A stretch of DNA of 64,000 nt, taken from the IMG/VR virus record IMGVR_UViG_3300033562_001302; one strand, written 5' to 3'. The DNA is from an uncultured virus (IMG/VR IMGVR_UViG_3300033562_001302) (taxonomy: Duplodnaviria > Heunggongvirae > Uroviricota > Caudoviricetes). The notes below the pieces were generated by a model. It made no database searches, had not been told where the DNA came from, and saw only the letters and a list, made by a program, of their open reading frames with translations. Positions 9,586 through 18,803 of the stretch are shown in pieces. The first letter of the stretch is position 1, and every line of letters begins with the position of its first letter. Position numbers and translations under genes: made by a program.

Positions 9586-10059
9586 TTAAAGTAGTTCCAT
9601 ATAATTTAATATGCGTTCGCTTGGATTTAAAATTTCGGATAAACAATTATCTTTATCTAATTGTACTAAACCTTGTAAACCAAGTTCTAAGAAAGCATCT
9701 TCATCTATTTCACCAGATGTTCCAAATAGATCTTCCGCAAATGTTGATCCAATAATCATAGGACTTTCTGTTTTTATAATAGCTGTTTTTATAGTTTTAT
9801 GACTATAAATAAGAGCCATTACTAACCATTGATATTTCATACTCAACCATTGTTCTGGGTAATTTAATACAATAGTATCTCCTGTAAATTTATGAGCAAA
9901 TAAATCTCGTAAATCTCTTTGTCCAACCATAATAAAGATGCTATCATTTTCTTTAAACATATAGTCTTGCATCCGGAATAAAACTTTTATATCTTTATCT
10001 TGCTTCGCCTCTTTTAAATTTGGAAAATCAAAATCATTAAATGCTTTCAACTCAGTCAT
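9586..10059 (-). CDS. degenerate ABC/AAA_15-like ATPase C-terminal fragment
   Basis: LNYPEQWLSMKYQ and IIKTESPMII resemble IEEPE.HLHP..Q and IITTHSP.II; no Walker A. Confidence 0.5.
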   Translation of the reverse strand: MTELKAFNDFDFPNLKEAKQDKDIKVLFRMQDYMFKENDSIFIMVGQRDLRDLFAHKFTGDTIVLNYPEQWLSMKYQWLVMALIYSHKTIKTAIIKTESPMIIGSTFAEDLFGTSGEIDEDAFLELGLQGLVQLDKDNCLSEILNPSERILNYMELL

Positions 10060-10079
10060 AATCTTTTCTCCTTTAATTC

Positions 10080-10715
10080 TTATTTATGAATTCCGCCTAC
10101 TTGGATATCCACTATTATATTACTTGGTATCATACCTAAATGTTTTTCACATTGATATATGCCATCATTTAGTTTAACTTTAACACAATCACCATCTGAA
10201 TCAATTCCTAATGCAAAATAATCAAAGTCTACATTATATAACACATTATCGATATTAATTAACCAAAACCCATCAATACAAAAAATACCATACACTTGTT
10301 CATTATGTAAACGATAAGTATTATCTTGTTCAAAATTTTCAATAAATATTATTGTGTTTTGTAAAGCAGCTTTTTCAGCGCCAATCAAAATCATAAATGG
10401 ATTATTTTTTATATATTCTGATAAAGTTTTATCATCTGTAAATTCATCCTGTTTACGAGATGCGAATGACTCTGTATGATCTTTGATTTTATCTATTTTT
10501 GTATATAAATAATCAATTAATTTATGTTTCAAAATAACATTTCTATCACCAATCAAGGTAAGTTTACGACTAGAATATTTATGACCATTATCAAGGGTTA
10601 TTATACTTTCATGCATATTGCGTATCTCTATATGTTTGATAAAACCTTTTACTTCAATATTCCCCATTAGACTATTAACCATAGTACTAACATAATCATC
10701 TATTCTAAATTCCAT
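10080..10715 (-). CDS. hypothetical protein (MEFRIDD family)
   Basis: N-terminal ~55 aa similar to 12390-13043. Confidence 0.65.
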   Translation of the reverse strand: MEFRIDDYVSTMVNSLMGNIEVKGFIKHIEIRNMHESIITLDNGHKYSSRKLTLIGDRNVILKHKLIDYLYTKIDKIKDHTESFASRKQDEFTDDKTLSEYIKNNPFMILIGAEKAALQNTIIFIENFEQDNTYRLHNEQVYGIFCIDGFWLINIDNVLYNVDFDYFALGIDSDGDCVKVKLNDGIYQCEKHLGMIPSNIIVDIQVGGIHK

Positions 10716-11010
10716 CGAATTTCCTCCATCTAAGTTTCATATCCGATTTTTGCAAATATATACTATCGCTCCTATACATTTCATAGTCTGGAGCAACATA
10801 ATCAATAATATCTGGGTGAAGTTTTTCAAATAGATAAGATGATATTCTTTTAATTTGAATCCAGTTTTTATCATCACCAATCAAAGAATAATTAAAACCC
10901 AGTTCATCTTCTTCAATAAGTTCAAATTTATTATCATCTAATACATCTAAACTAAATTGATCTCCAGGATTTAAATCACCTACTTTAATATTTCTTCCTA
11001 AATTATCCAT
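10705..11010 (-). CDS. hypothetical protein (MDNxGR family)
   Basis: N-terminus similar to 11010-11552. Confidence 0.65.
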   Translation of the reverse strand: MDNLGRNIKVGDLNPGDQFSLDVLDDNKFELIEEDELGFNYSLIGDDKNWIQIKRISSYLFEKLHPDIIDYVAPDYEMYRSDSIYLQKSDMKLRWRKFDGI

Positions 11011-11552
11011 TAGTCAACTCCTACAACATCATTACCATATAATTCGGTATGTTTCTTTTCAATTACATTTGCTAATGCTCTTAATACATGTACTACAGTA
11101 TTGGTTCTATTCATACTATACATATTAATAACATCTCTAACAAAAAACTCACTTGCGGAATCTATACTATTTGCTTCTTTGTATTTTTCAATAGCATAAG
11201 TGTAAATTAGTTCTTCTACAATTCGGTCATCCTTTCTTAGTGCAACCAATCTAAGATTTCCATCAACAGGATTTTTATAAAGATTATCATTTCTGTAATC
11301 TTTATAAAATTTAGAACTATAATCAAAATCTTCATCATCACTCAATACTCTAAAATAACCATCACCTGGTCTAGCAGCATCATTTAAACTCATAACTGTT
11401 AGCTCTGTATTATCTTCACCTGATAATGTATATGTATCTAATTTTCTATTTTTTATGACCAATCCTGTAATAGCATCATCTAAAACATCTAGATGAAACA
11501 TATCACCTGGTTTTAAACCACATACCATAATAAATCTTCCTATATTATCCAT
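11010..11552 (-). CDS. hypothetical protein (MDNxGR family)
   Basis: L.PGD.F.LDVLDD shared with 10705-11010. Confidence 0.65.
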   Translation of the reverse strand: MDNIGRFIMVCGLKPGDMFHLDVLDDAITGLVIKNRKLDTYTLSGEDNTELTVMSLNDAARPGDGYFRVLSDDEDFDYSSKFYKDYRNDNLYKNPVDGNLRLVALRKDDRIVEELIYTYAIEKYKEANSIDSASEFFVRDVINMYSMNRTNTVVHVLRALANVIEKKHTELYGNDVVGVD

Positions 11553-11574
11553 AACCTTTTCTCCTTTATAATTA

Positions 11575-11976
11575 TTATCTTTGCCATTCCATAAACATCA
11601 CTGGTTTTTGTGCAACAATTTTCTCATCCGTAATAAATTCTTTCATTACTTCTAAAACATTTCTACCATTAAATACCAAATGACTTTTATACTCATTATC
11701 ATTATCCTCATCACTATCATCAATAAAAAATAACGCAAGGTTTTCATTAAGTAATAATGATAAATAATTTTCAGTTGTATCTGTAAAATAAAATCCGTGT
11801 GGCTTATCAAATCTACAAGTTTTTACATTAAAAACATAATCTATTTTTATTTGATTAAAATCTTTATCTGTTATAGTTAATAATACCAATTCTCCACAAG
11901 CAATATCCATTTTGAAATCAAAATTAAATGCCGTTACACCATCAATTCCAAATTTTTCTAAATTAAATTCTTCCAT
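11575..11976 (-). CDS. hypothetical protein
   Basis: Strong SD AAAGGAGAAAAGGTTATG. Confidence 0.65.
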   Translation of the reverse strand: MEEFNLEKFGIDGVTAFNFDFKMDIACGELVLLTITDKDFNQIKIDYVFNVKTCRFDKPHGFYFTDTTENYLSLLLNENLALFFIDDSDEDNDNEYKSHLVFNGRNVLEVMKEFITDEKIVAQKPVMFMEWQR

Positions 11977-11991
11977 AACCTTTTCTCCTTT

Positions 11992-12369
11992 TTATAAAAT
12001 CCTATAGTTCTCTATTGGATTTTCTTCGCTTATTTCATCTATTGAAATAACATCTTGGTAAACCATTTCTACCCTACAATAATTTATAGGTTTATTACAA
12101 CATGATAGATCAGTAGCAATATTTGATCTATCTTCGGTTAAAATTTGTACAACTTTTAAATCTATAAAAGCTTTTCTAAATTCAACTAAACTATCATTTA
12201 TTATATAAATATAATACTCATCATTGGTATTAAAGAAATCAGATTTATCTTCTGGGTTTTCCCAAACTTTTATTTTATCTCGAGCTCTAGCTCTTAAAAG
12301 TTTACCACCAAGTACCCAATGATCGAATTCGTTTTTATATTTTAAAATACATGCTCTTATCATTTTCAA
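11992..12369 (-). CDS. hypothetical protein
   Basis: 125-aa ORF; likely ATG start at 12363. Confidence 0.6.
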   Translation of the reverse strand: MKMIRACILKYKNEFDHWVLGGKLLRARARDKIKVWENPEDKSDFFNTNDEYYIYIINDSLVEFRKAFIDLKVVQILTEDRSNIATDLSCCNKPINYCRVEMVYQDVISIDEISEENPIENYRIL

Positions 12370-12389
12370 CTCCTTCTATTTATTCTTAC

Positions 12390-13043
12390 TTACTCTATTA
12401 TCAATTTAAGTTTATTTTCTTGAACTGTATCAATAACCACTATATCGGATATCGAATCATTATATAATCCATAATTAATTCTTTTTTGACCTAGTATATG
12501 TCCATCATCATTACCATCATCTTTTAATATTTCAATTAGTACTGATTGGGTCTTTATATCAAATATCATATAACCTAATAATGGTATAATGATATCTTTA
12601 GTCGTGTGTACATTGAACGAAAATATACTACTGTGTACAAATATTGGAGTATCAGTTATATCAAATATTCCACTTGATCTATATAGTTTGAATCTACCAT
12701 ATTCTAGATTATTATTATATCTGATGTCTCCATTACATTCAACATTTATGCATCCATAACTATCTATTTTAAAATCCATATGTTTTAAGAAGTTAGAATA
12801 TTTATTATCCCATACAATCAAATGGGTGTAAGTCTCACATTTTTGTACACTCTTAAATGGTTTTACGATTATGTCTTTAAATTTTACATTATCCACTAAT
12901 ACACATGCATCACTATGATACTTATATCCATTATCTAAAGTCAACATACTACTATCTATTTCAATAACTCTTCCAGTTACTACTATATCACCTCTTAAAC
13001 TTTTAATAGTGGTGCTAACCACATCATCTATTCTAAATTCCAT
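12390..13043 (-). CDS. hypothetical protein (MEFRIDD family)
   Basis: Paralog of 10080-10715 N-terminus. Confidence 0.65.
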   Translation of the reverse strand: MEFRIDDVVSTTIKSLRGDIVVTGRVIEIDSSMLTLDNGYKYHSDACVLVDNVKFKDIIVKPFKSVQKCETYTHLIVWDNKYSNFLKHMDFKIDSYGCINVECNGDIRYNNNLEYGRFKLYRSSGIFDITDTPIFVHSSIFSFNVHTTKDIIIPLLGYMIFDIKTQSVLIEILKDDGNDDGHILGQKRINYGLYNDSISDIVVIDTVQENKLKLIIE

Positions 13044-13054
13044 ACAGGTCTCCT

Positions 13055-13648
13055 TTATTTAGGTGCACATATTTTATGAGCCAATTTTTTTATTTCACTA
13101 TCTGTAAAATCTTTCAACAAAAATCTTTCTTCATTTAACCAAGTTTTTTCTGATTTAATAGTTAATAAATCCAAATATAATTGTTCCTCTATTAAATCCC
13201 AAGATGGATATACAATACTATGCGATGATGTTGGTTCCATTGTAGTATATACTTTTATATCATTTCTAAATATAAACCGATCATCCATTTTTTTAAAAAA
13301 CCCATGTCTATATTTATCATCTACTTCATCAATTCTTGTTTTAAATACTGTCCAATCATTTGTAAATTTAGTATCATAAATTGATTTATATGAACTACCG
13401 TTAAGTATTTGTAATATTCCAGCAATTCTTAAATCACCTGACTGTGTAGGTAATAATATAAACAGACTGTCCATATAACTAAAATCTATAACATCACCTT
13501 TATCTTTATAACCTTTAATCCATACTATATCATATGGTTTTAAATCTTCAATTTTATCACCTTCTTTTAGATAAAACCATGTATCTTCTCTATCAACTAA
13601 AACTGGCCTATCTCTTCGTGTATCTCTATTAAAAACACCATATCCCAT
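13055..13648 (-). CDS. hypothetical protein
   Basis: Start moved to ATG 13648 because AAGGAG SD precedes it. Confidence 0.6.
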   Translation of the reverse strand: MGYGVFNRDTRRDRPVLVDREDTWFYLKEGDKIEDLKPYDIVWIKGYKDKGDVIDFSYMDSLFILLPTQSGDLRIAGILQILNGSSYKSIYDTKFTNDWTVFKTRIDEVDDKYRHGFFKKMDDRFIFRNDIKVYTTMEPTSSHSIVYPSWDLIEEQLYLDLLTIKSEKTWLNEERFLLKDFTDSEIKKLAHKICAPK

Positions 13649-13695
13649 AATCTTTTCTCCTTTTAACATTTATTGTTTTATTGTGCTATATTATT

Positions 13696-14130
13696 TTATG
13701 TTCTTAAAACATTAGCTTCAAATAAACCATCTATAAATTCAGCCTTGTTTGTTTGATCAGCATTTAGAGCATTTCTAGCTTTCACAAATCTATCTACCAT
13801 TTTTTTAGAATCAATAATTTTATTTCGTTTTTTATTGATTTCTTTAGCAAGACATGTCATGTATAGATGGTCATCAATATACTTTTGTAACTTAGCTTGT
13901 TTCTCTTCTTCTCCCTCAATGATTTTTTTGTATCTATCATTATGTTTATCAATTTTTAAGGATTCAATAAAATCATCCCAACTATCTTGTCTTTTAAATA
14001 TATATGAACTTGGTTCAATAAAAGTATGTAAATTAAAACCACCTTTGATACAATAACCATACCATTCATATTTTTTTACTTCTGTTGCTTCTTTTGTTTC
14101 TTGTGTTTTTTGTGTATCTTTATTTTCCAT
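13696..14130 (-). CDS. hypothetical protein (paralog of 14120-14464)
   Basis: Y.WY.Y..K.G and DQ..K..FIDGL...N.LR shared. Confidence 0.65.
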   Translation of the reverse strand: MENKDTQKTQETKEATEVKKYEWYGYCIKGGFNLHTFIEPSSYIFKRQDSWDDFIESLKIDKHNDRYKKIIEGEEEKQAKLQKYIDDHLYMTCLAKEINKKRNKIIDSKKMVDRFVKARNALNADQTNKAEFIDGLFEANVLRT

Positions 14131-14464
14131 AAACTCTTTTCTCCTTTGTTTTTCTCAAAATGTTTGTTTTAATTAAACCATCGATAAATTTAAATTTATC
14201 GCTTTGATCAGATGTGATAGCAATTAATGCTTTCTCATACTTATCTAACTTCTTGTATAGTTTTAAGTCTATAATTCTTTTGTATCTAGATGACTGTCTT
14301 TCTACATTAAGATTCTCAATAAAGAAATTCCATTGACTATCAATCTGGAGCATCCAAGATCCAGATTCAAGATAACAATCACTATAATAACCATCTTTTA
14401 ATTTATAATCATACCAATCATAATCGTTATGATTGGTATTGGTATTTGGATTAATTTTCCCCAT
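14120..14464 (-). CDS. hypothetical protein (paralog of 13696-14130)
   Basis: Same two shared motifs. Confidence 0.65.
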   Translation of the reverse strand: MGKINPNTNTNHNDYDWYDYKLKDGYYSDCYLESGSWMLQIDSQWNFFIENLNVERQSSRYKRIIDLKLYKKLDKYEKALIAITSDQSDKFKFIDGLIKTNILRKTKEKRVYGK

Positions 14465-14840
14465 ATCCTTGCTCCTTATTTACCACACCACTTTTTAAAA
14501 CTTTTGTTTTAATTTTAGAAAATTTCTTTTTAAAAATGTAGTATTTTTTAATATTTTCTGATTGTGTTATACATTCAAGATTTTTATAATGACAATTAAA
14601 TTTATCATGATCTTTATGATTAACTATTTTATCAGGACTATAACCTCTACAAAAATGCATAGCGACAAGAACATGAACAAAATGTTTTTGTTTCACTCCG
14701 TTATCACTTAATTCTATTCTATAATAACCATTACTAGAATCAAACTTTAATTCTTTCTTATGTTTATTAAACACTTTTCCACAACAAGAAATAAAATAAT
14801 GTTTATGCGTTTTTATTTTTTTAACTCTTAAGTTATCCAT
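14451..14840 (-). CDS. HNH homing endonuclease (NUMOD4/HNH_3-like)
   Basis: GYYRIEL..HVLVAMHF..VNHKDHDKFN..KNLE.IT.SEN. Confidence 0.85.
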   Translation of the reverse strand: MDNLRVKKIKTHKHYFISCCGKVFNKHKKELKFDSSNGYYRIELSDNGVKQKHFVHVLVAMHFCRGYSPDKIVNHKDHDKFNCHYKNLECITQSENIKKYYIFKKKFSKIKTKVLKSGVVNKEQGYGEN

Positions 14841-14866
14841 TACTTACCTCACTTACCTCACTCATA

Positions 14867-15469
14867 TTACTTCTTGTCTAATTCACTTATCTCTTCCATA
14901 AGACTTTTATTTTTTCTATGATGTTGTAACATCAAGTATAAAGAACCATTTGTCTTTATTTTCTTTATAAATAATTTTGTTCTGTAAAAACTTTTTTTAT
15001 TCTTTACAGTGCCTTTATATCTTTTAAGAGTTGTGTCTTTATTTCCAATAGTTTTATATAAAGTAGAATATATATCATCTATAGCTTTGAGAGTATTAAT
15101 TTCAATTTTTTTAGCTTTTAGATGTTTTTCCCAATATTTCGACTTAATTCCACCTATACCATTTAAATCACTTGTAGGATGTTTAACGTCTCTTTTTAAT
15201 CTAGATTCACTGTAACCAATACCTAATGCTTCGATTGGGTTGTCGCAGCGATCTAAGTCCTTTATAATAGTTTCCAGATAAGCATATTTTTTATTTTGGA
15301 CATTATATGCTTCTTCTAATTTATCATACTTATCTTGCAAAATCTTATTTTTTACAACTTCTTCTTTATAAGCTTCATTAATTTTTAAACTCATGAAAGC
15401 CGTAATTATTATTAATATAGCTAATATAATTAATAATGTAAATGAATATCGTGTTTCACTTTTAAACAT
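14867..15469 (-). CDS. membrane-anchored protein with putative lysozyme/SLT-like domain
   Basis: Start reassigned to ATG 15469 (AAGGAG SD); TM, coiled coil, then IGYSES..GIGGIK..LKRYKG recalling SLT motifs. Confidence 0.5.
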   Translation of the reverse strand: MFKSETRYSFTLLIILAILIIITAFMSLKINEAYKEEVVKNKILQDKYDKLEEAYNVQNKKYAYLETIIKDLDRCDNPIEALGIGYSESRLKRDVKHPTSDLNGIGGIKSKYWEKHLKAKKIEINTLKAIDDIYSTLYKTIGNKDTTLKRYKGTVKNKKSFYRTKLFIKKIKTNGSLYLMLQHHRKNKSLMEEISELDKK

Positions 15470-15479
15470 TTTAACTCCT

Positions 15480-15701
15480 TTATTTCTTTTTTTTCTGATT
15501 GTACTTTTTATGCACGCCTCTAAAGAAATTTTTTGTTTCCTTTTCTTGAAAATTATGCAACTCACAAGAATGATTTAATTCTCTTTCCATCACTCTCATT
15601 TTTGCGCTAAGTTTCTTAGACATTATTCTAGCATATCTTCTTGTATAAGAATGTGTTGTTGTATAATTATCTACAATATCAAGAATCGTTTGCTTTTTCA
15701 T
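15480..15701 (-). CDS. basic hypothetical protein
   Basis: 73-aa ORF filling gap in operon. Confidence 0.55.
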   Translation of the reverse strand: MKKQTILDIVDNYTTTHSYTRRYARIMSKKLSAKMRVMERELNHSCELHNFQEKETKNFFRGVHKKYNQKKKK

Positions 15702-15702
15702 A

Positions 15703-16083
15703 CTACACCTCCGAATTTTCTCTAGCTTTTAATTCTTCCTCTATTTTTGCTTTTGCTTCTAAAATTTGTGCAATTGTTAAAGAAGGATCATTTAATTGAA
15801 CACCATCACTAATATTTGTAATCATGGTTTCAATAAGATGTAATCGTAGATCAATTGTTTCTAATTGTAATGATGTTTTTTCTAAATAAATTGATTTAAT
15901 TGCTTCAAGCATTATCCAAATAACACTTAAAACTAAAAACATTCTATCTGATATAAACAAAGCTAAGTCTGGTATTGTTTTAAGTTCACTTATCGTTGGG
16001 TGAATTAATACTAGAATTGTACCTAGTATCATTACAGTAAAAGGTATTAATATTGGTAAATGTTTTAAAAATTTATCAATCAT
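15703..16083 (-). CDS. two-TM membrane protein
   Basis: Two hydrophobic helices then helical tail. Confidence 0.65.
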   Translation of the reverse strand: MIDKFLKHLPILIPFTVMILGTILVLIHPTISELKTIPDLALFISDRMFLVLSVIWIMLEAIKSIYLEKTSLQLETIDLRLHLIETMITNISDGVQLNDPSLTIAQILEAKAKIEEELKARENSEV

Positions 16084-16580
16084 TATTTCTCTCCTTCATT
16101 TAAAAGTGAAGTTATATCAATAGTTGTACTAGGCAATTCTCTTAATTTTAAATCACCAAGTATTTTTACAGTCTGTATACATGATCCAGTAGAAGCTATA
16201 ACTAAATCTTCGAATGCCATTTCTACATCTTCGTCTCTTGTATCATCCATTGCTGTTAATACTTTAAATACTTTATCATTTGAATATATAGGTGCAACAG
16301 TCATACCAACACAACCACAAGTTGCTACAGCACTTTCCTGATCATCTTCAAATAAATAATTGATCACATCAGAAGTCATACAATTTTCAAAAATTGAGTT
16401 ATGTAATGTTTGCCAATTTTTTTCAGTTGTTTCTTCTTCAGTGCTTTGTTTTTTAACATCTTTTGTTGTTTGTTTTTTTGTTTTAGAAACTTTTGTTTTA
16501 CTGCTGTCTACAATTTTATCAGCTTGTAAACCAACCATCATAACCATAACTATAACCATTACTTTTAATACATTTTTCAC
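16083..16580 (-). CDS. exported Cys-containing protein
   Basis: Signal peptide MKNVLKVMVIVMVMMVGLQA; C..CGC..C pattern. Confidence 0.65.
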   Translation of the reverse strand: MKNVLKVMVIVMVMMVGLQADKIVDSSKTKVSKTKKQTTKDVKKQSTEEETTEKNWQTLHNSIFENCMTSDVINYLFEDDQESAVATCGCVGMTVAPIYSNDKVFKVLTAMDDTRDEDVEMAFEDLVIASTGSCIQTVKILGDLKLRELPSTTIDITSLLNEGEK

Positions 16581-16589
16581 AATAACTCC

Positions 16590-17216
16590 TTATAAATTAA
16601 ACAATTCTTGTATGTCTAATATTTTTAAATTCTTATCAGTTTTTAAATTGATAATACCATTTACTTTAAAAAAACAATCATCTTCAAAAAGATCAGCTAA
16701 CTGATCCTCTATAAAATCTTTTGTGGCAAAATTAATTTTGCCAATCATGTCTTGATCAACTTTAATTTCTCTGTCTCTTATTTTTTGAATAAGGCCTTTT
16801 TTTCTCTCACCAGAATATACTCTAGGAAAATTTAAAATAGTATAATTACATTTACTGTTCGATATAACATTCATAGCAGATGTTTTTAAAAAACCATATG
16901 CTTCCAAATTACATTCTGCTTGAAATACAACCATACTTCCTGGATAAATTAAATGTATCCTTTTTTGTTCACAAATATTAATTAACTTTAAAGTATTATC
17001 ATAAATACCCTCTGTTAATTCTCCTGCGGAATAATTGTAAGTACTTCCTGGAGCACCACAATGTATAACAGCATCAAACTCTTCATATTTAAGTCTAGAA
17101 CATATTTGATCTATATCTCGACTATTTGAGTATAATACTTCATGTTCTGTATTCAATAAAATTGTTTTAAAAATAGAAGCGATATAACCATCAATTCCTG
17201 TTAATAAAATTTTCAT
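16590..17216 (-). CDS. NAD-dependent epimerase/dehydratase (extended SDR)
   Basis: MKILLTGIDGYIA, DAVIHCGA, YGFLK (YxxxK), PRVY. Confidence 0.85.
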   Translation of the reverse strand: MKILLTGIDGYIASIFKTILLNTEHEVLYSNSRDIDQICSRLKYEEFDAVIHCGAPGSTYNYSAGELTEGIYDNTLKLINICEQKRIHLIYPGSMVVFQAECNLEAYGFLKTSAMNVISNSKCNYTILNFPRVYSGERKKGLIQKIRDREIKVDQDMIGKINFATKDFIEDQLADLFEDDCFFKVNGIINLKTDKNLKILDIQELFNL

Positions 17217-17226
17217 AGATTAATCC

Positions 17227-17550
17227 TTATGCTGCTATCAATTTTCGTTTTAAACAGCTAGTATCAAAACCTTTTAATGATAGATCACCATTGATAAGTA
17301 GTTCCGCAAATTGTTTTGTAAGTACAATCACTTGTTCTTTATCATGTATGTAAAATGATGGTGTGCTTTTAACATAATTATCATCATTATCAAATTCAGC
17401 ATAGATTCCTTCTTTTGTATTGATTAAATGAATTCTATCCGTTATGAATAAAATATCACCTGTGTACATTGGAACAGAAATACCTCTAATTTTTTTCTTG
17501 AACACTAAATTCATTTTGTTATTATTTCTTACTATTTGGAATCTTTTCAT
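17227..17550 (-). CDS. hypothetical protein
   Basis: 107-aa ORF. Confidence 0.55.
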   Translation of the reverse strand: MKRFQIVRNNNKMNLVFKKKIRGISVPMYTGDILFITDRIHLINTKEGIYAEFDNDDNYVKSTPSFYIHDKEQVIVLTKQFAELLINGDLSLKGFDTSCLKRKLIAA

Positions 17551-17809
17551 TTTCTATCCTTATGTTTTTTATAGAATTTAAACTAAATGATAATCCACTT
17601 GTTGATTTATAACTATATATAGTTGCATCAAATATTATATTATCATTTAATTTTAGGTTTAATTTTGAAAGTCTATTAGAAGATTTGATCCAACAATGGT
17701 CTCTAAATTCTTCATTAGTTTCAATATTAACAATATTACAAAGAAGTACCATATCACATGTTTGATTAATACTACTTCTTTTTTCTTTATAAATGGCTTT
17801 AAAAGTCAT
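17522..17809 (-). CDS. hypothetical protein
   Basis: Likely start ATG 17809 overlapping upstream stop (ATGA); RDHCWI motif. Confidence 0.55.
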   Translation of the reverse strand: MTFKAIYKEKRSSINQTCDMVLLCNIVNIETNEEFRDHCWIKSSNRLSKLNLKLNDNIIFDATIYSYKSTSGLSFSLNSIKNIRIENEKIPNSKK

Positions 17810-18156
17810 TTCTTTATTATCGCATCTCCTTCTCTGACAGTAATACTTTTTGGAGCATTTTTGCAATTACTTTGCATATATCCTAAAAGACTTTTTATTC
17901 GTGCACCATCTTTTCCAATAATATGTTTGATATAATCCTCAGGTGATAACAATAATAAAGCTCTATCGTTATACACATCATCTCTATTAATTAACATCAT
18001 TGTACTAAGATTTTGAAAAAATATAACATTTATATTTAATTCATCCATCATTAATAAAAAGCTGCTTCTAGCAATTCCTATTTCTTTCAATTTACTTTCG
18101 TGAATTAATCCATTCTGTACTATATATTCGATACCTCTAATATTAATTGTTACCAA
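17806..18156 (-). CDS. hypothetical protein with KH-like GxxG motif
   Basis: HIIGKDGARIKSL; TTG start with AAAGGA SD. Confidence 0.55.
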   Translation of the reverse strand: MVTINIRGIEYIVQNGLIHESKLKEIGIARSSFLLMMDELNINVIFFQNLSTMMLINRDDVYNDRALLLLSPEDYIKHIIGKDGARIKSLLGYMQSNCKNAPKSITVREGDAIIKK

Positions 18157-18269
18157 GTTAATCCTTTCTTTTCTTTTCTTTTTCTTTCTTTTCTTTATGG
18201 AAAAAAATTATTAATTTCTATGGTAACCAAATACCGCAAATTAATAATTTTAAACATTATAATTGGAGC

Positions 18270-18359
18270 CTATGCTCCGATTATTGCTAATGCTTGTTGC
18301 ACCATATGTGCTGGTGCAGATACATCAATTAAGATGTTTATTGCTTGATCGTAACTCAT
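18270..18359 (-). CDS. 29-aa small protein
   Basis: MSYDQAINILIDVSAPAHMVQQALAIIGA with AAGGAG SD; stop lies in hairpin GGAGC/GCTCC. Confidence 0.6.
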   Translation of the reverse strand: MSYDQAINILIDVSAPAHMVQQALAIIGA

Positions 18360-18534
18360 TGATTACTCCTTTTTTTAAAATTTTCCTATCTTTCAACCGG
18401 AATATAGTTGTGAGTTTATCCCCTTAACTCCTGGGACTTTTTATCTGTTTAAGCGAATACAATATCCATGTTTTTCACTCCTCAGTTTAATTTATAAAAC
18501 GTGTAATTATTTATACTCTTGTTTTATCTAATAG

Positions 18535-18569
18535 TATTATATCTATGGTAACTCAAAGTATTTCTCAAT
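18535..18569 (-). promoter_or_regulatory. putative early promoter, copy 1
   Basis: ATTGAGAAATACTTTGAGTTACCATAGATATAATA; 32/35 identical to 18755-18789; ends in TATAAT. Confidence 0.6.
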
Positions 18570-18611
18570 CTTTTTTACCGTATTTATAAGCAAATTAAAT
18601 AATCAAAACAT

Positions 18612-18727
18612 AAAAAGTATCCACTATGTACTCTTCAAGCATAAGCAAACAGTCATGGTAGTGCTCTCGCGAGTAACACTATCCTTGATCATTTACATAT
18701 CAATCGGAATACGTAGTAATACGTATT
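18612..18727 (-). ncRNA. candidate structured ncRNA
   Basis: Nested stems with GCGA tetraloop, followed by T-run, downstream of promoter copy 2. Confidence 0.35.
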
Positions 18728-18754
18728 TTTATTTTTATTTTTTTTATTTACTAA

Positions 18755-18789
18755 TATTATATCTATGGTAACAGGAAGTATTTCTCAAT
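18755..18789 (-). promoter_or_regulatory. putative early promoter, copy 2
   Basis: ATTGAGAAATACTTCCTGTTACCATAGATATAATA. Confidence 0.6.
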
Positions 18790-18803
18790 AAATTTGACGC
18801 AAC

